Below, piece after piece: positions 54,827 through 64,000 of a stretch of DNA of 64,000 nt. The first letter of the stretch is position 1. Each line of letters opens with the position of its first letter. The notes beneath the pieces were generated by a model that worked only from the letters and a program-made list of their open reading frames with translations, was not told where the DNA came from and ran no database searches. Origin of the DNA: Victivallales bacterium (GTDB taxonomy: Bacteria; Verrucomicrobiota; Lentisphaeria; Victivallales; UBA1829). The DNA is taken from positions 2,317-66,316 of the forward strand of contig JAZNVL010000048.1 in the NCBI GenBank assembly GCA_045592785.1, read 5' to 3'. Made by a program: the position numbers and the translations under genes.

Positions 54827-56017
54827 ATGAGCAAGATCCGTGCACCCCATATCTTCACTTCGGAATCGGTATCCGAAGGACATCCCGACAAGGTTTCCGA
54901 CCAGATCTCGGATGCGATACTCGATGCCTGTCTGGCACAGGATCCTATGAGCCGTGTTGCGTGTGAAACGCTCTGCACCACGGACCTGATCGTGATCTCC
55001 GGTGAGATCACCACGAAAGCAAAAGTCAACTGGGAAGCCATCGCCCGTGATGTGGTCCGCGATATCGGATACACCAGCAATGACATCGGTTTCTGTGCCG
55101 ATGACTGCAAAGTGTTCGTCTGCATCCATGCGCAGTCCGGGGATATTTCCCAGGGTGTGACGGAAGGCGAAGGGCTCTTCAAGGAACAGGGCGCCGGTGA
55201 CCAGGGCATGATGTTCGGGTACGCCAGCAATGAAACCGATGAACTGATGCCTGCCACCATCCTGTATTCCCACCGGATCGTGGAAGAACTCGCACGTCTC
55301 CGTAAAGCGGAACCCGAAAAATACGCATTCCTCCGTCCCGACTCCAAGAGTCAGGTTTCCATGTCCTATGTGGACGGCAAACCGCAGAAGGTGGAAACCG
55401 TGGTCGTTTCCCACCAGCACACGCCTGATATGGATATCGCCGATCTGGAAGCTCTGGTGAAGGAAGTCACCGCAAAAGTCATCCCCGCAAAGTTCCTTAC
55501 CGGTGATGTGCAGTATTATGTGAATCCCACCGGCCGGTTCGTGGTCGGCGGTCCCAATGGCGATACCGGGCTCACCGGACGCAAGATCATCGTGGATACC
55601 TACGGCGGTGCCGGCTCCCACGGGGGCGGTGCATTCTCCGGAAAAGACCCGACGAAAGTGGACCGCAGTGCCGCTTACATGTGCCGTTACATGGCAAAGA
55701 ATATCGTCGCTGCCGGACTGGCGGACAAGTGTGAGATCCAGGTCGCCTACGCCATCGGTGTGGCGCAACCGCTCTCTGTCAACGTGACCACTTACGATAC
55801 CGGTAAACTTTCCGATGCCGATTTGGAAAAGGTCGTGCGGGAAGTCTTTGATATGCGTCCTTCCGCCATTCTGGAAAAACTCAAACTCCGCACACCGGAA
55901 GGCTGGTGTTACCGCAAGACTGCTTCCTACGGTCATTTCGGCAGAGACGGCTTCTCCTGGGAAAAGACGGATATGATCGACGCTCTCCGCGCCGCCGCTG
56001 AAAAATATGCCCGGTAA
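54827..56017 (+). CDS. metK: S-adenosylmethionine synthetase
   Basis: [36 protein letters not shown] and DTYGG motifs. Confidence 0.96.
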   Translation: MSKIRAPHIFTSESVSEGHPDKVSDQISDAILDACLAQDPMSRVACETLCTTDLIVISGEITTKAKVNWEAIARDVVRDIGYTSNDIGFCADDCKVFVCIHAQSGDISQGVTEGEGLFKEQGAGDQGMMFGYASNETDELMPATILYSHRIVEELARLRKAEPEKYAFLRPDSKSQVSMSYVDGKPQKVETVVVSHQHTPDMDIADLEALVKEVTAKVIPAKFLTGDVQYYVNPTGRFVVGGPNGDTGLTGRKIIVDTYGGAGSHGGGAFSGKDPTKVDRSAAYMCRYMAKNIVAAGLADKCEIQVAYAIGVAQPLSVNVTTYDTGKLSDADLEKVVREVFDMRPSAILEKLKLRTPEGWCYRKTASYGHFGRDGFSWEKTDMIDALRAAAEKYAR

Positions 56018-56024
56018 GTCATCC

Positions 56025-57026
56025 ATGACAGCACAGAAGATCAAAGTCCTCGGGGCGGGTGCCGCCCTCCTGGACGTGCTGGCGCATGTGGACGATGATT
56101 TCGTTTTACAGAATGCGGGTGAAAAGGGCGGCATGATCATGCTCTCCCCCGATGAGATCGGTACACTGATCCGCCTGGCGGAGTCCGCCGCGCCCATTTC
56201 CCGGGCGTCCGGTGGATCGGCAGCCAATACCCTCTGCGGTTTGGCACAGCTGGGGATCCCCGCCGCCCTTTTCGGGAAGATCGGTGCCGATGAAAACGGT
56301 GCGGTGTATCGGGATTTCTACGCATCCAAAGGCGGTTTGACTTCTTCTTTCAAAGTGAATCCGCAGGTCGCAACGGGATCCTGTCTGTGTCTGATCACCC
56401 CGGATTCCCAGCGGACCATGCGGACCGATCTCGGTGCTTCCGGGACGTTGACTGCGGATGATGTGACCGATGCCGATTTTGACGGCGTGACCCATTTGCA
56501 TCTGGAAGGCTATCTGCTGTATAATATGCCTGTGACCCGGACACTGCTTGCCGCCGCGAAGCGGTTCGGCTGCACTGTGAGTTTTGACCTGGCATCCTTT
56601 GAAGTGGTGCGTACGTTCCGGGATGACATCAAACAGCTCCTTGCGGAATATGTAGACCTCATCTTCGCCAATGAAGATGAAGCTGCGGCGTTTTCCGGCA
56701 GTGAAGACCCCATGACCTCCCTGCAGTGCCTCCGGGAATTGTGTCATACCGTCTGCGTGAAAGTCGGGAAGAACGGGGCGTATATCGCTTCGGAAAATAC
56801 AGACCCGGTACACGTCCCGGCGGAACTGGTCACTGCGGTGGATACCACCGGTGCCGGCGATCTCTGGCAGACCGGATTCCTTTACGGCTGGCTGCGTGGG
56901 AAGGAGAACGCTCTTTCCGGCAGATACGGAGCCGCCGTTGCGGCGGAAGTCGTACAGCTCACCGGCGCACAGATCACAGAAGCACGCTGGGAAGTTCTCC
57001 GTCAGCGGCTTGCAGAAATGGAATAA
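56025..57026 (+). CDS. PfkB-family kinase, probably adenosine kinase
   Basis: PfkB signatures (GGSAANT, DTTGAGDLWQTGFLYG). Its position between metK and ahcY supports an adenosine-removal role. The start MTAQK at 56025 follows the metK stop. Confidence 0.7.
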   Translation: MTAQKIKVLGAGAALLDVLAHVDDDFVLQNAGEKGGMIMLSPDEIGTLIRLAESAAPISRASGGSAANTLCGLAQLGIPAALFGKIGADENGAVYRDFYASKGGLTSSFKVNPQVATGSCLCLITPDSQRTMRTDLGASGTLTADDVTDADFDGVTHLHLEGYLLYNMPVTRTLLAAAKRFGCTVSFDLASFEVVRTFRDDIKQLLAEYVDLIFANEDEAAAFSGSEDPMTSLQCLRELCHTVCVKVGKNGAYIASENTDPVHVPAELVTAVDTTGAGDLWQTGFLYGWLRGKENALSGRYGAAVAAEVVQLTGAQITEARWEVLRQRLAEME

Positions 57027-57053
57027 TCATTTTAACGAAAGGTGAATAAAATC

Positions 57054-58466
57054 ATGAACAACGCAGATTATCGCATCCGTGACATCGGACTTGCCGATTT
57101 CGGACGGAAAGAACTGGACATCGCAGAATATGAAATGCCCGGACTGATGGCGGTCCGCAAAAAATACGGTCCCGAAAAGCCCCTGCAGGGACTCAAGATC
57201 ATGGGCAGTCTTCACATGACCATCCAGACTGCGGTCCTCATCGAAACTCTGACCGAACTGGGCGCCAGCATCCGTTGGTGTTCCTGCAATATCTTTTCCA
57301 CCCAGGATCATGCTGCTGCCGCCGTCGCAAAACGCGGGATCCCCGTTTTCGCATGGAAAGGCGAAACACTGGAAGAATACTGGGAATGTACCCTCAATGC
57401 TCTCACCTGGCCCGACGGTTCCGGTCCCGATCAGATCGTGGATGACGGCGGCGATGCCACTCTGCTGATCCATTGGGGCGTGAAGGGCGAAGACGATCCG
57501 GCATTTCTGGACCGCACACCCGGCTCCGAAGAGGAAGAAGTCATTCTGAATCTGCTGAAACGGGTCCGGAAGGAAGATCCGGGCAAATGGCACCGCTTTG
57601 CCGCTGCCGTCCGCGGTGTTTCCGAAGAAACCACCACCGGCGTACACCGTCTGATCCAGATGGCGGAAAAAGGCGAACTGCTGTTCCCCGCCATCAACGT
57701 CAATGACTCCGTCACCAAATCCAAGTTTGATAATATCTACGGCTGCCGTCATTCGCTCACCGACGGGATCAAACGTGCGCTTGACGTTCTCCTTGCGGGG
57801 AAACAGGCGGTTGTTTGCGGATACGGTGACGTGGGCAAAGGCTGTGCCGAATCACTGAAGAACGAACGCGCCCGGGTCATCGTGACCGAAATCGACCCCA
57901 TTTGTGCGCTTCAGGCATGTATGGCTGGGTTCCAGGTCGCTCCCGTGGAAGACGCGCTTGCCACTGCCGATCTTTACGTTACCTGCACCGGGAACAGTCA
58001 TGTCATCACGCTGGAACACATGGCGAAGATGAAAGACCAGGCGATCGTCTGCAATATCGGACACTTTGACAATGAGATCGAAGTCGCCCGGCTGAAAGCG
58101 GTCCCCGGAATGCAGATCACCGAGATCAAAGGCAGTTCCTGTCCCGTTCACAAATACACGTTCCCCGACGGACACAGCATTTATCTGCTGGCGGAAGGCC
58201 GTCTGGTGAACCTGGGCTGTGCCACCGGACACCCCAACTTCGTCATGAGCTGTTCTTTTGCCAACCAGACTCTGGCGCAGATCATTCTCGCAAAAGAAAA
58301 ACACGGGATCGGCGTGACACGTCTGCCCAAGGAATTTGACGAAGAAGTCGCCCGGCTCCACCTGGAAAAATGCGGCGCGGTCCTCACCAAACTCACGGAA
58401 GAACAGGCGGATTACATCGGCGTTCCCGTGGATGGTCCTTACAAACCGGAACACTACCGGTATTGA
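57054..58466 (+). CDS. ahcY: Adenosylhomocysteinase
   Basis: [23 protein letters not shown], the NAD motif GYGDVGKG, and [14 protein letters not shown] 57054 lies 11 nt after GAAAGG. Confidence 0.95.
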   Translation: MNNADYRIRDIGLADFGRKELDIAEYEMPGLMAVRKKYGPEKPLQGLKIMGSLHMTIQTAVLIETLTELGASIRWCSCNIFSTQDHAAAAVAKRGIPVFAWKGETLEEYWECTLNALTWPDGSGPDQIVDDGGDATLLIHWGVKGEDDPAFLDRTPGSEEEEVILNLLKRVRKEDPGKWHRFAAAVRGVSEETTTGVHRLIQMAEKGELLFPAINVNDSVTKSKFDNIYGCRHSLTDGIKRALDVLLAGKQAVVCGYGDVGKGCAESLKNERARVIVTEIDPICALQACMAGFQVAPVEDALATADLYVTCTGNSHVITLEHMAKMKDQAIVCNIGHFDNEIEVARLKAVPGMQITEIKGSSCPVHKYTFPDGHSIYLLAEGRLVNLGCATGHPNFVMSCSFANQTLAQIILAKEKHGIGVTRLPKEFDEEVARLHLEKCGAVLTKLTEEQADYIGVPVDGPYKPEHYRY

Positions 58467-58517
58467 TAAACGGATAAGTCCACAAAAAAACGGTTGGAAA
58501 AAAATGAGGGGGTGCAG

Positions 58518-58563
58518 GGGGAGAAGAAAAGAACCTTTCCTCAAAAAGTTTTTTCTTTTCCCC
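58518..58563 (+). terminator. Long imperfect hairpin after ahcY (probable terminator)
   Basis: GGGGAGAAGAAAAG pairs with CTTTTTTCTTTTCCCC-type arm, about 15 bp including two G.U pairs that exist only in the plus-strand RNA. The 3' arm is U-rich. Confidence 0.4.
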
Positions 58564-58575
58564 TTGCCGACCGGA

Positions 58576-59826
58576 TCAATCCTGTTTTTCGCTGTCAGCG
58601 GCGGGGATCTGCTTATCCACCATGGCGCAGACACAGGAGTCGCTCCACACATTCACCCCGGTCTCGATCATGTCGATGATGGTGTAGATGGGCAGGATGA
58701 TCCCCAGGATCCCGATGGGACCGCCGATGCCTGCCATGAGGGAGAGCGTCAGGAAGTAACAGCCCATGGGCACGCCCGCATTCCCGATGGCGGAGATCAC
58801 AGAGATCAGGATCCAGAGCAGGATCTGAACGAATGTCAGTTCCGTCCCCCCGTTCTGCATGACGAAGAGCGAGGTCACCAGGATAAATGCGGCACAGCCG
58901 TTCATATTGATGGTACAGCAGATGGGCAGGACGAAACGGGCGACTTCCGGTTTCGCTTTCAGATTGTTTTCTGCGGATGCCACGGTGACAGGGAGAGTCG
59001 CCGCGGAACTCTTGGTGAAGAGTGCCATCAGGACCGCCGGGAGCATATTCCGGAACACTTTCAGCGGGTTGATCCGCATGACAAGCAGGAACAGCGGCAG
59101 GATCACAAAGAACTGCAACAGGTTTCCGCCGAGAACAACAGCGACGTATTTCCCCAGGGAGCCGACCACGACCCCTGCGGACATCTGGGCGGAGAGCTGG
59201 GCGGCGAAAGCCACGATCCCCAGGGGGAGAGTCCAGACCAGAGCGCGGATGAGTGCAAAAAGCAATTCCTGCAAGCCCATGATCCCTTTGAGCAGGATCT
59301 GGATATTTTCGGACTGTTTCATCAGGGCAAGAGCCAGACCCACCGCAGCCGCAACAAGAAGAATACTCAACACGTTCCCGCTGTTGAAGGGCTTGAGGAT
59401 GTTATCCGGAACGACCGAAAGAATGTGTCCGTAAACCGTAAGCTGTCCCAAATGCCGGGGCACGTCCGCCTGTCCCTGGGTCACCATGCTTCCCGGCAGG
59501 TTTTCGGGCGCGATACATTTGTAAAGGACTGCGCCCACCACGGCGGCGGCGACGGTGGTCAGGAGCGTGAAACTCACCGTATGGAGAAAGATCTTCCCGG
59601 TATTCTTTTTTGCGCCGAGAGTGGCAAGCGTGGTGGTGACCGCCAACGCGATGGTGGGGACCGCCACGAACTGGAAGAGTTTGGTGTAAACGGCGGCGAT
59701 GAAATTGCAGAAATCATTGAGCCATGCGAGTCCGAGCAAGCCCAGAATACTGCCCACGATCAGTGCCGCCATCCAGATGATGAATTGTTTCCCGTTGAAA
59801 CCGACTTTCTTTTCTGTTGTTTCCAT
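58576..59826 (-). CDS. Dicarboxylate/amino-acid:cation symporter (DAACS family)
   Basis: SSAATLP motif (FTKSSAATLPVTV) and the typical hairpin regions. 416 aa. Confidence 0.85.
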   Translation of the reverse strand: METTEKKVGFNGKQFIIWMAALIVGSILGLLGLAWLNDFCNFIAAVYTKLFQFVAVPTIALAVTTTLATLGAKKNTGKIFLHTVSFTLLTTVAAAVVGAVLYKCIAPENLPGSMVTQGQADVPRHLGQLTVYGHILSVVPDNILKPFNSGNVLSILLVAAAVGLALALMKQSENIQILLKGIMGLQELLFALIRALVWTLPLGIVAFAAQLSAQMSAGVVVGSLGKYVAVVLGGNLLQFFVILPLFLLVMRINPLKVFRNMLPAVLMALFTKSSAATLPVTVASAENNLKAKPEVARFVLPICCTINMNGCAAFILVTSLFVMQNGGTELTFVQILLWILISVISAIGNAGVPMGCYFLTLSLMAGIGGPIGILGIILPIYTIIDMIETGVNVWSDSCVCAMVDKQIPAADSEKQD

Positions 59827-59862
59827 GATATATTCCTCTGATTAAATTAAAAACGTTCCCGT

Positions 59863-59890
59863 AATATACCACAGGAATCGGGAAAAGCAA
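59863..59890 (-). promoter_or_regulatory. Predicted promoter of the DAACS gene
   Basis: On the minus strand: TTGCTT-N16-TATATTAC. Confidence 0.4.
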
Positions 59891-59903
59891 ACCGCAAAGC
59901 GGA

Positions 59904-61040
59904 TTATTTGCCGCTCACGAGCGTAAACAGCGTGATCTCCGGATCATGTCCGAACCGTACCGGGAACCCGTTCCAGATCCCCGTCCCGTTCATCACATAA
60001 AGCTGCATCCCGTCCACGTCATACCAGCCGTCAACGAATCCACCGTTGAATTTCTTCACCAGAAAGTCAAGACCGTAGATCATGCCCCCGTGGGTATGAC
60101 CCGAGACCTGCATGGCGACCCCGTGCTTTGCCGCATCCGGTGCGATCCGGGGCTGATGGGAAACAAGCAGGACCGGTGACTTGCCGTCATGTCCGGTCAG
60201 CGCTTTTTCCACCGAGGGTTCCTCCATGTTCCGCCGTTTTGCCGCCGGATCCGTCACCCCGGCAAGATAGATCCCGCAGGGGAGCTGTTCGCCTTCGTTG
60301 AGCAGCATACGCATCCCCAGGGATCGCAGGAACGGGATCCATTCCCCGTATCCGGAAAAGTATTCATGATTCCCGGCGACGGCATAGACCCCGTACTTTG
60401 CGTTCAGTTCTTTCAGCGGCGCAACATCCTCCCCGCAGCGTTCCACGCTTCCATCCACATAATCCCCGCCCAACAGGATGAGATCCGGCGTGAGCGCGTT
60501 GACTGTTTCCGTCAATGCCCGGATCCGCGGCGCACGGGTGTAACTGTCCACATGGATATCCGCCAGAAACGCAACGCGCAACCCTTCCGCTTCCGCCGGA
60601 AGTCCGGGGATCACCACACGCTGTTCTTTGACTGCGGGCATCTTCAAGCCGTTATACAGTCCGAACGCTGCCAGAATAACCGCGCCCCCCAGCAGTCCCA
60701 GCCGGATCCGGTTGCAGAGAGTACGCTGTACCGTACGTTCCGGCAGTTTCTTGCGGAAATACAGAACGCACCAGACCGTCCAGTGGACGATCTCGAACAG
60801 CGAAAGCAGGATGAAATGGAACAGCACCACGGCGTAAAGGCAGGCGAATCCGATGATCACCCAGCCGGGCAGAGTGGGCGCGAAATAATTGGGACCTCCC
60901 AGCAGATGCAGAACTTTGAACTTGAAAGCAGCGGCAAGTACCGGCAGGGAAAGCAGGATCTTCCAGTAATAACGGATCCGGAGCGGAACAATAGCGGAGA
61001 GAATAACGACAGCGGCGATCAGGCCGGAGGCAGCAGACAT
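59904..61040 (-). CDS. Membrane-anchored metallophosphoesterase (paralogue type of 40059-40910)
   Basis: About 4 N-terminal TM helices, then the motifs FLADIH, GGDYVDG, AGNHEY and SGHTHGG. Confidence 0.8.
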   Translation of the reverse strand: MSAASGLIAAVVILSAIVPLRIRYYWKILLSLPVLAAAFKFKVLHLLGGPNYFAPTLPGWVIIGFACLYAVVLFHFILLSLFEIVHWTVWCVLYFRKKLPERTVQRTLCNRIRLGLLGGAVILAAFGLYNGLKMPAVKEQRVVIPGLPAEAEGLRVAFLADIHVDSYTRAPRIRALTETVNALTPDLILLGGDYVDGSVERCGEDVAPLKELNAKYGVYAVAGNHEYFSGYGEWIPFLRSLGMRMLLNEGEQLPCGIYLAGVTDPAAKRRNMEEPSVEKALTGHDGKSPVLLVSHQPRIAPDAAKHGVAMQVSGHTHGGMIYGLDFLVKKFNGGFVDGWYDVDGMQLYVMNGTGIWNGFPVRFGHDPEITLFTLVSGK

Positions 61041-61076
61041 GTTCAGGGTTCCTTCTTTGTTTGATAAATTTTCCGT

Positions 61077-61104
61077 AATATAGCATACAATCCCTGCTTG
61101 TCAA
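61077..61104 (-). promoter_or_regulatory. Predicted promoter of the membrane metallophosphoesterase gene
   Basis: On the minus strand: TTGACA-N16-TATATTAC. The -35 box is flanked by CCCTGC/GCAGGG. Confidence 0.5.
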
Positions 61105-61158
61105 GGGCAGGGTGCCACGTTGATACGCCCCTTTGCGGAAAAAAGTTTTTCTCTCTTC

Positions 61159-61187
61159 TTGACAAACGGACCGCACGGTGTTATATT
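61159..61187 (+). promoter_or_regulatory. Predicted promoter of the heparinase II/III-like gene
   Basis: TTGACA-N17-TATATTAC. Confidence 0.5.
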
Positions 61188-61213
61188 ACGCCGTAACACA
61201 ATGATAACAGAGA

Positions 61214-63175
61214 ATGTTGGAACTTATGATACCGAACCCGGAACTTTTCAGTCTGCTTGACCCGGTGAAAATGGGACAGGATTTTCAGCACGCACTCACC
61301 GCCGGGGATCCCGCTGAACTCGCCCGGTGTACCGCCGCTCATTTCCGTGACCGTGCCGACTGTTCCTGTTGGAAACAGCATGACCGTTCCCGTTATTCCC
61401 GGGAGACTGCCCGCCGTGCGGTGCAGGGCGATGTGACCGTGATCGGCATCCCGCACGCCTTTCCCGGTGGAACGATCGACTGGACGTTCAACCCCACGCT
61501 CACCGCGCCGCCGGTCAATATGGAATGGCTCTGGCAGCTCAACCGGATGGCGTTCTGGATGGATCTTGCGCACGCATACGAAGAGACCGGGGACGAAACA
61601 TACGCCGCCGCATTCGACCGTCAGCTTTCCGGCTGGCTTTCTGTTGCGGGCGACCTGACGGTCGAACAGATGGTATCCTGTGATTTATGGCGCAGTATCG
61701 AAGCCGGATTGCGGATGATGAATTCCTGGAGTTATGCCTTCGAAGTGTTCCGGAAATCCCCGTCGTTTACGGATGAAAATCTTTGCAGGATGCTTTACGT
61801 CATGTATCGTCATTGCGTGTATCTGCATCATCACAACAGCGGCGGGAACTGGCTCCTGATGGAAATGACCGGGATCTATACCTTCGGCGCACTGTTCCCT
61901 GAATTCCAATGCAGTTCCGCCATGCGCCAATATGCCTCCGGAAGATTCAGCAGTGCCATCCTGGGACAGATCCTGCCCGACGGGCTCCACGATGAACTCA
62001 GCCCGGATTACCATACCGTCATGTTCCTGTGCGCGTTCGCTTTTTACAACATCGCACAGCTGGAAGGCATCGAAAACGAAATGCCTCCCCGGTTCCTGCC
62101 GGAAATAGAACGCTCGCTGGAAAGTGTCCTCGCCATGGCAACTCCCGGTCTGACGTCTCCAAGAACCAATGACTGCTTCACCTGTCCCGTAGCCAACCGG
62201 ATGCGGCAATGGCTCCCGATCTTCCCCCACCGGCTGGATTTCCTCTGGGCTGCCACGGACCGCAAAGAGGGACACGCGCCCGCTTCGGATCCGGCATCCC
62301 GGTTCCTTCCCTGGGCGGGATTCGCGGTCATGCGTTCCGGCTGGGATCCGGAGGCGGCTTACTGTTGTTTCGATGTGGGACCGCTGGGGATGGCTCACGC
62401 CCATCAGGATAAACTCAACATCAACATTTACAAAGGGGCGGAGGAATTGATCTGTGACGATGGCGGCGGACAATACGAGCGATCCATTTACCGTCGATAC
62501 GGGATCAGTGCCGCTGACCATAATACGGTGCTGGTGGATGGACTTCTTCAGCAGCGGAGTCAGCCGGGAAAAGTTCAGTCCCCCATCGATGCCCATTGGG
62601 TCAGCACGGACTCCTTTGACTATGCGAAAGGGACTTACGAAGATCCCTTCGGACCGCTGGTCCTTTCCGATACGGATGCCGCCGTCCCCCTGACAAATCC
62701 GGCGAAACATACCCGCGAAGTCCGTTTCTTCAAGCCGGACTTCTTCTGCGTGCAGGATACCTTGACCTCTGCCGACGGGAAACCCCACGATTACGAAATG
62801 CGTCTTCATCTGGATACCCTGAAACTGGATCCCGTCCCCAACATGCCCGGAGCATACCTTTCGGATTACGGCGGGACTTATGACATCCTGATCCTGCCCC
62901 TTTCCCCGGAAGGTGCAGAGATCCGCCTGCTTTCCGGTGTCGATACGAACCCCATGGGCGGCTGGTTCATCGGAAGAAACGACAAAACCTGTCATAGAAG
63001 TACCACATTCACCATGACCGTTTCCGGAAAACGGGATCACCGGTTCACCACACTGCTGATCCCGGTGCGCCGGGACGAGCCGTTGCCGGAGATCGAAGTC
63101 ATATCACAGACATGTTTCCTTTTCCGTATGCACGGCATGACATACCGGATCGATCCGGAACATCTCTCCGAATGA
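61214..63175 (+). CDS. Heparinase II/III-like (alginate-lyase-fold + Hepar_II_III) protein, no signal peptide
   Basis: N-terminal alpha/alpha toroid-like pattern (WQLNRMAFWMDLAHAYEETGDETYA) and a C-terminal beta-sandwich with MAHAHQDKLNINIY. ATG 61226 is an alternative start. Confidence 0.7.
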   Translation: MLELMIPNPELFSLLDPVKMGQDFQHALTAGDPAELARCTAAHFRDRADCSCWKQHDRSRYSRETARRAVQGDVTVIGIPHAFPGGTIDWTFNPTLTAPPVNMEWLWQLNRMAFWMDLAHAYEETGDETYAAAFDRQLSGWLSVAGDLTVEQMVSCDLWRSIEAGLRMMNSWSYAFEVFRKSPSFTDENLCRMLYVMYRHCVYLHHHNSGGNWLLMEMTGIYTFGALFPEFQCSSAMRQYASGRFSSAILGQILPDGLHDELSPDYHTVMFLCAFAFYNIAQLEGIENEMPPRFLPEIERSLESVLAMATPGLTSPRTNDCFTCPVANRMRQWLPIFPHRLDFLWAATDRKEGHAPASDPASRFLPWAGFAVMRSGWDPEAAYCCFDVGPLGMAHAHQDKLNINIYKGAEELICDDGGGQYERSIYRRYGISAADHNTVLVDGLLQQRSQPGKVQSPIDAHWVSTDSFDYAKGTYEDPFGPLVLSDTDAAVPLTNPAKHTREVRFFKPDFFCVQDTLTSADGKPHDYEMRLHLDTLKLDPVPNMPGAYLSDYGGTYDILILPLSPEGAEIRLLSGVDTNPMGGWFIGRNDKTCHRSTTFTMTVSGKRDHRFTTLLIPVRRDEPLPEIEVISQTCFLFRMHGMTYRIDPEHLSE

Positions 63176-63188
63176 CCCGACTCCGCAC

Positions 63189-63220
63189 TTTTTTTTGATT
63201 TTTTTTGATTTTTTTTTGAT
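63189..63220. repeat. Three helically phased T-tracts (T8GA, T8GA, T9GA) immediately upstream of a promoter
   Basis: TTTTTTTTGA occurs twice, then TTTTTTTTTGA, with a 10/10/11-nt period. The repeat ends 6 nt before the -35 box at 63227. Confidence 0.8.
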
Positions 63221-63226
63221 ATGGGG

Positions 63227-63255
63227 TTGTATTTTTTACAAAAGTATAGTATAAT
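63227..63255 (+). promoter_or_regulatory. Predicted promoter of the prepilin-type gene
   Basis: TTGTAT-N17-TATAAT. The palindrome TATACAC-agt-GTGTATA (63255-71) overlaps the end of the -10 box and the start site. Confidence 0.5.
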
Positions 63256-63352
63256 ATACACAGTGTGTATACTTGTTCTGTTTTGTTTACCGTTTTTGTT
63301 TTGTTATTCTGTAATCTCCAGTAAATAGGACGCTGGAAAAGGAGCTGAAAAG

Positions 63353-64000
63353 ATGAAAAACAATGTACCCCCGCATGCGGGGGTAAAGCAGTACTGCTTT
63401 ACCCTTATTGAATTACTCGTCGTAATTGCCGTGATCGCGGTCCTTGCCGCCATGCTGTTCCCCGCATTGGGGAGAGCCAGAGACTCCGCCAAACTGGCAG
63501 GATGTGTCTCCAATATGAAAAATATGAGCACCGCATACATGATGTATGTGGAACGCTATGACCAGTATGTTGTTCCCGATACAGCCCCCATCGACGATTC
63601 CCGGCTTTCTTATATACATCAAGTCCATGCCAAGGTCCGCCATGGCAAATGGCACGCGTTGTTGCTTTTTATGACCGGAGAGGAAAAAACGATCAAGGGG
63701 CATTTGCATCACTACTGGCGGAACCCGAAATGGCTGAAGTGTCCCGGCGTTCTTTTCGGGCACACTGAATTGTATAAAAATGCAAATTATCAGCTAACAT
63801 ACCCACAGTCTTTGACACCTACGCAAGCAGAGTACACGGCATCGGGTGCAGATGCGTTCATTCCCTATCGGAGAGCCTTGCGGAAAATCTACCGGTTCCG
63901 TAAACCCGGTGATACCGTTCTGATTTACGAAGGCGGAAGACCGGGACATGTGTATAATCAGGCATATATCCCGGGTACCGGAGCGTATTCCGCTCAGTTC
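63353..64000 (+). CDS. Prepilin-type N-terminal cleavage/methylation-domain protein (pseudopilin/DUF1559-like); the 3' end lies outside the window
   Basis: It is absent from the ORF track because there is no stop in the window. My hand translation is MKNNVPPHAGVKQYC-FTLIELLVVIAVIAVLAAMLFPAL..., which carries the classic class III signal. GGAG lies 8 nt upstream. The frame stays open for 216 codons to nt 64000. Confidence 0.85.
   Translation, partial: MKNNVPPHAGVKQYCFTLIELLVVIAVIAVLAAMLFPALGRARDSAKLAGCVSNMKNMSTAYMMYVERYDQYVVPDTAPIDDSRLSYIHQVHAKVRHGKWHALLLFMTGEEKTIKGHLHHYWRNPKWLKCPGVLFGHTELYKNANYQLTYPQSLTPTQAEYTASGADAFIPYRRALRKIYRFRKPGDTVLIYEGGRPGHVYNQAYIPGTGAYSAQF

Noticed and set aside
61191-61201. 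The 11-mer CCGTAACACAA, shared by the heparinase-like leader and, on the minus strand at 54664-54674, the TM1266 leader.
   Set aside because: The expected number of such matches among about 20 promoter-proximal regions is roughly 0.3. The positions relative to the -10 box differ by 5 nt. It probably reflects a common discriminator or initial-transcript bias rather than a specific site.

Overview
This is a gene-dense chromosomal segment, about 90% coding by my calls. It carries roughly 50 protein genes and one tRNA-Lys(UUU). I found no rRNA, CRISPR array, transposase, integrase or recognisable defence system.

The host is probably an anaerobic Gram-negative bacterium of the PVC type (Lentisphaerota/Kiritimatiellota-like). 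This is inference only, based on: an LptF/G permease and a GT9 heptosyltransferase; class 1B dihydroorotate dehydrogenase (pyrK/pyrD); the HydE maturase with a TM1266-type regulator; and a prepilin-type FTLIELLVV protein.

Housekeeping blocks:
- membrane protein-ileS-(Zn-ribbon/coiled-coil protein)-trpS-lipoproteins
- purB
- pyrK-pyrD
- metK-adenosine kinase-ahcY

These are interleaved with glycan-utilisation genes:
- one GH89-like protein, two GH20-like proteins, a DUF4838/CBM9-like protein and two secreted CBM-like paralogues
- GH127 and a heparinase II/III-like protein
- a NahK-centred HexNAc salvage operon
- LacI, GntR-PBP, AraC and WYL regulators

Observations most worth a second look:
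- a phosphorylase-less ROK/nucleotidyltransferase/NahK/epimerase operon
- a low-GC, signal-peptide-less metalloprotease-PPC-CARDB-FN3 gene whose promoter is embraced by an 11-bp inverted repeat
- an SD-sequestering hairpin starting 2 nt after the -10 box of pyrK, resembling E. coli pyrC/pyrD start-site-switch control
- a repeat-rich Zn-ribbon/coiled-coil membrane protein wedged between ileS and trpS
- an oxidoreductase/DegT-aminotransferase module under a sugar-type regulator
- a very regular promoter architecture (TTGnnn-N16/17-TATATTAC) that lets several ORF-track start codons be corrected

I see no compelling, clearly novel multi-gene system. All functional calls come from motif recognition by eye and memory, not from database searches.
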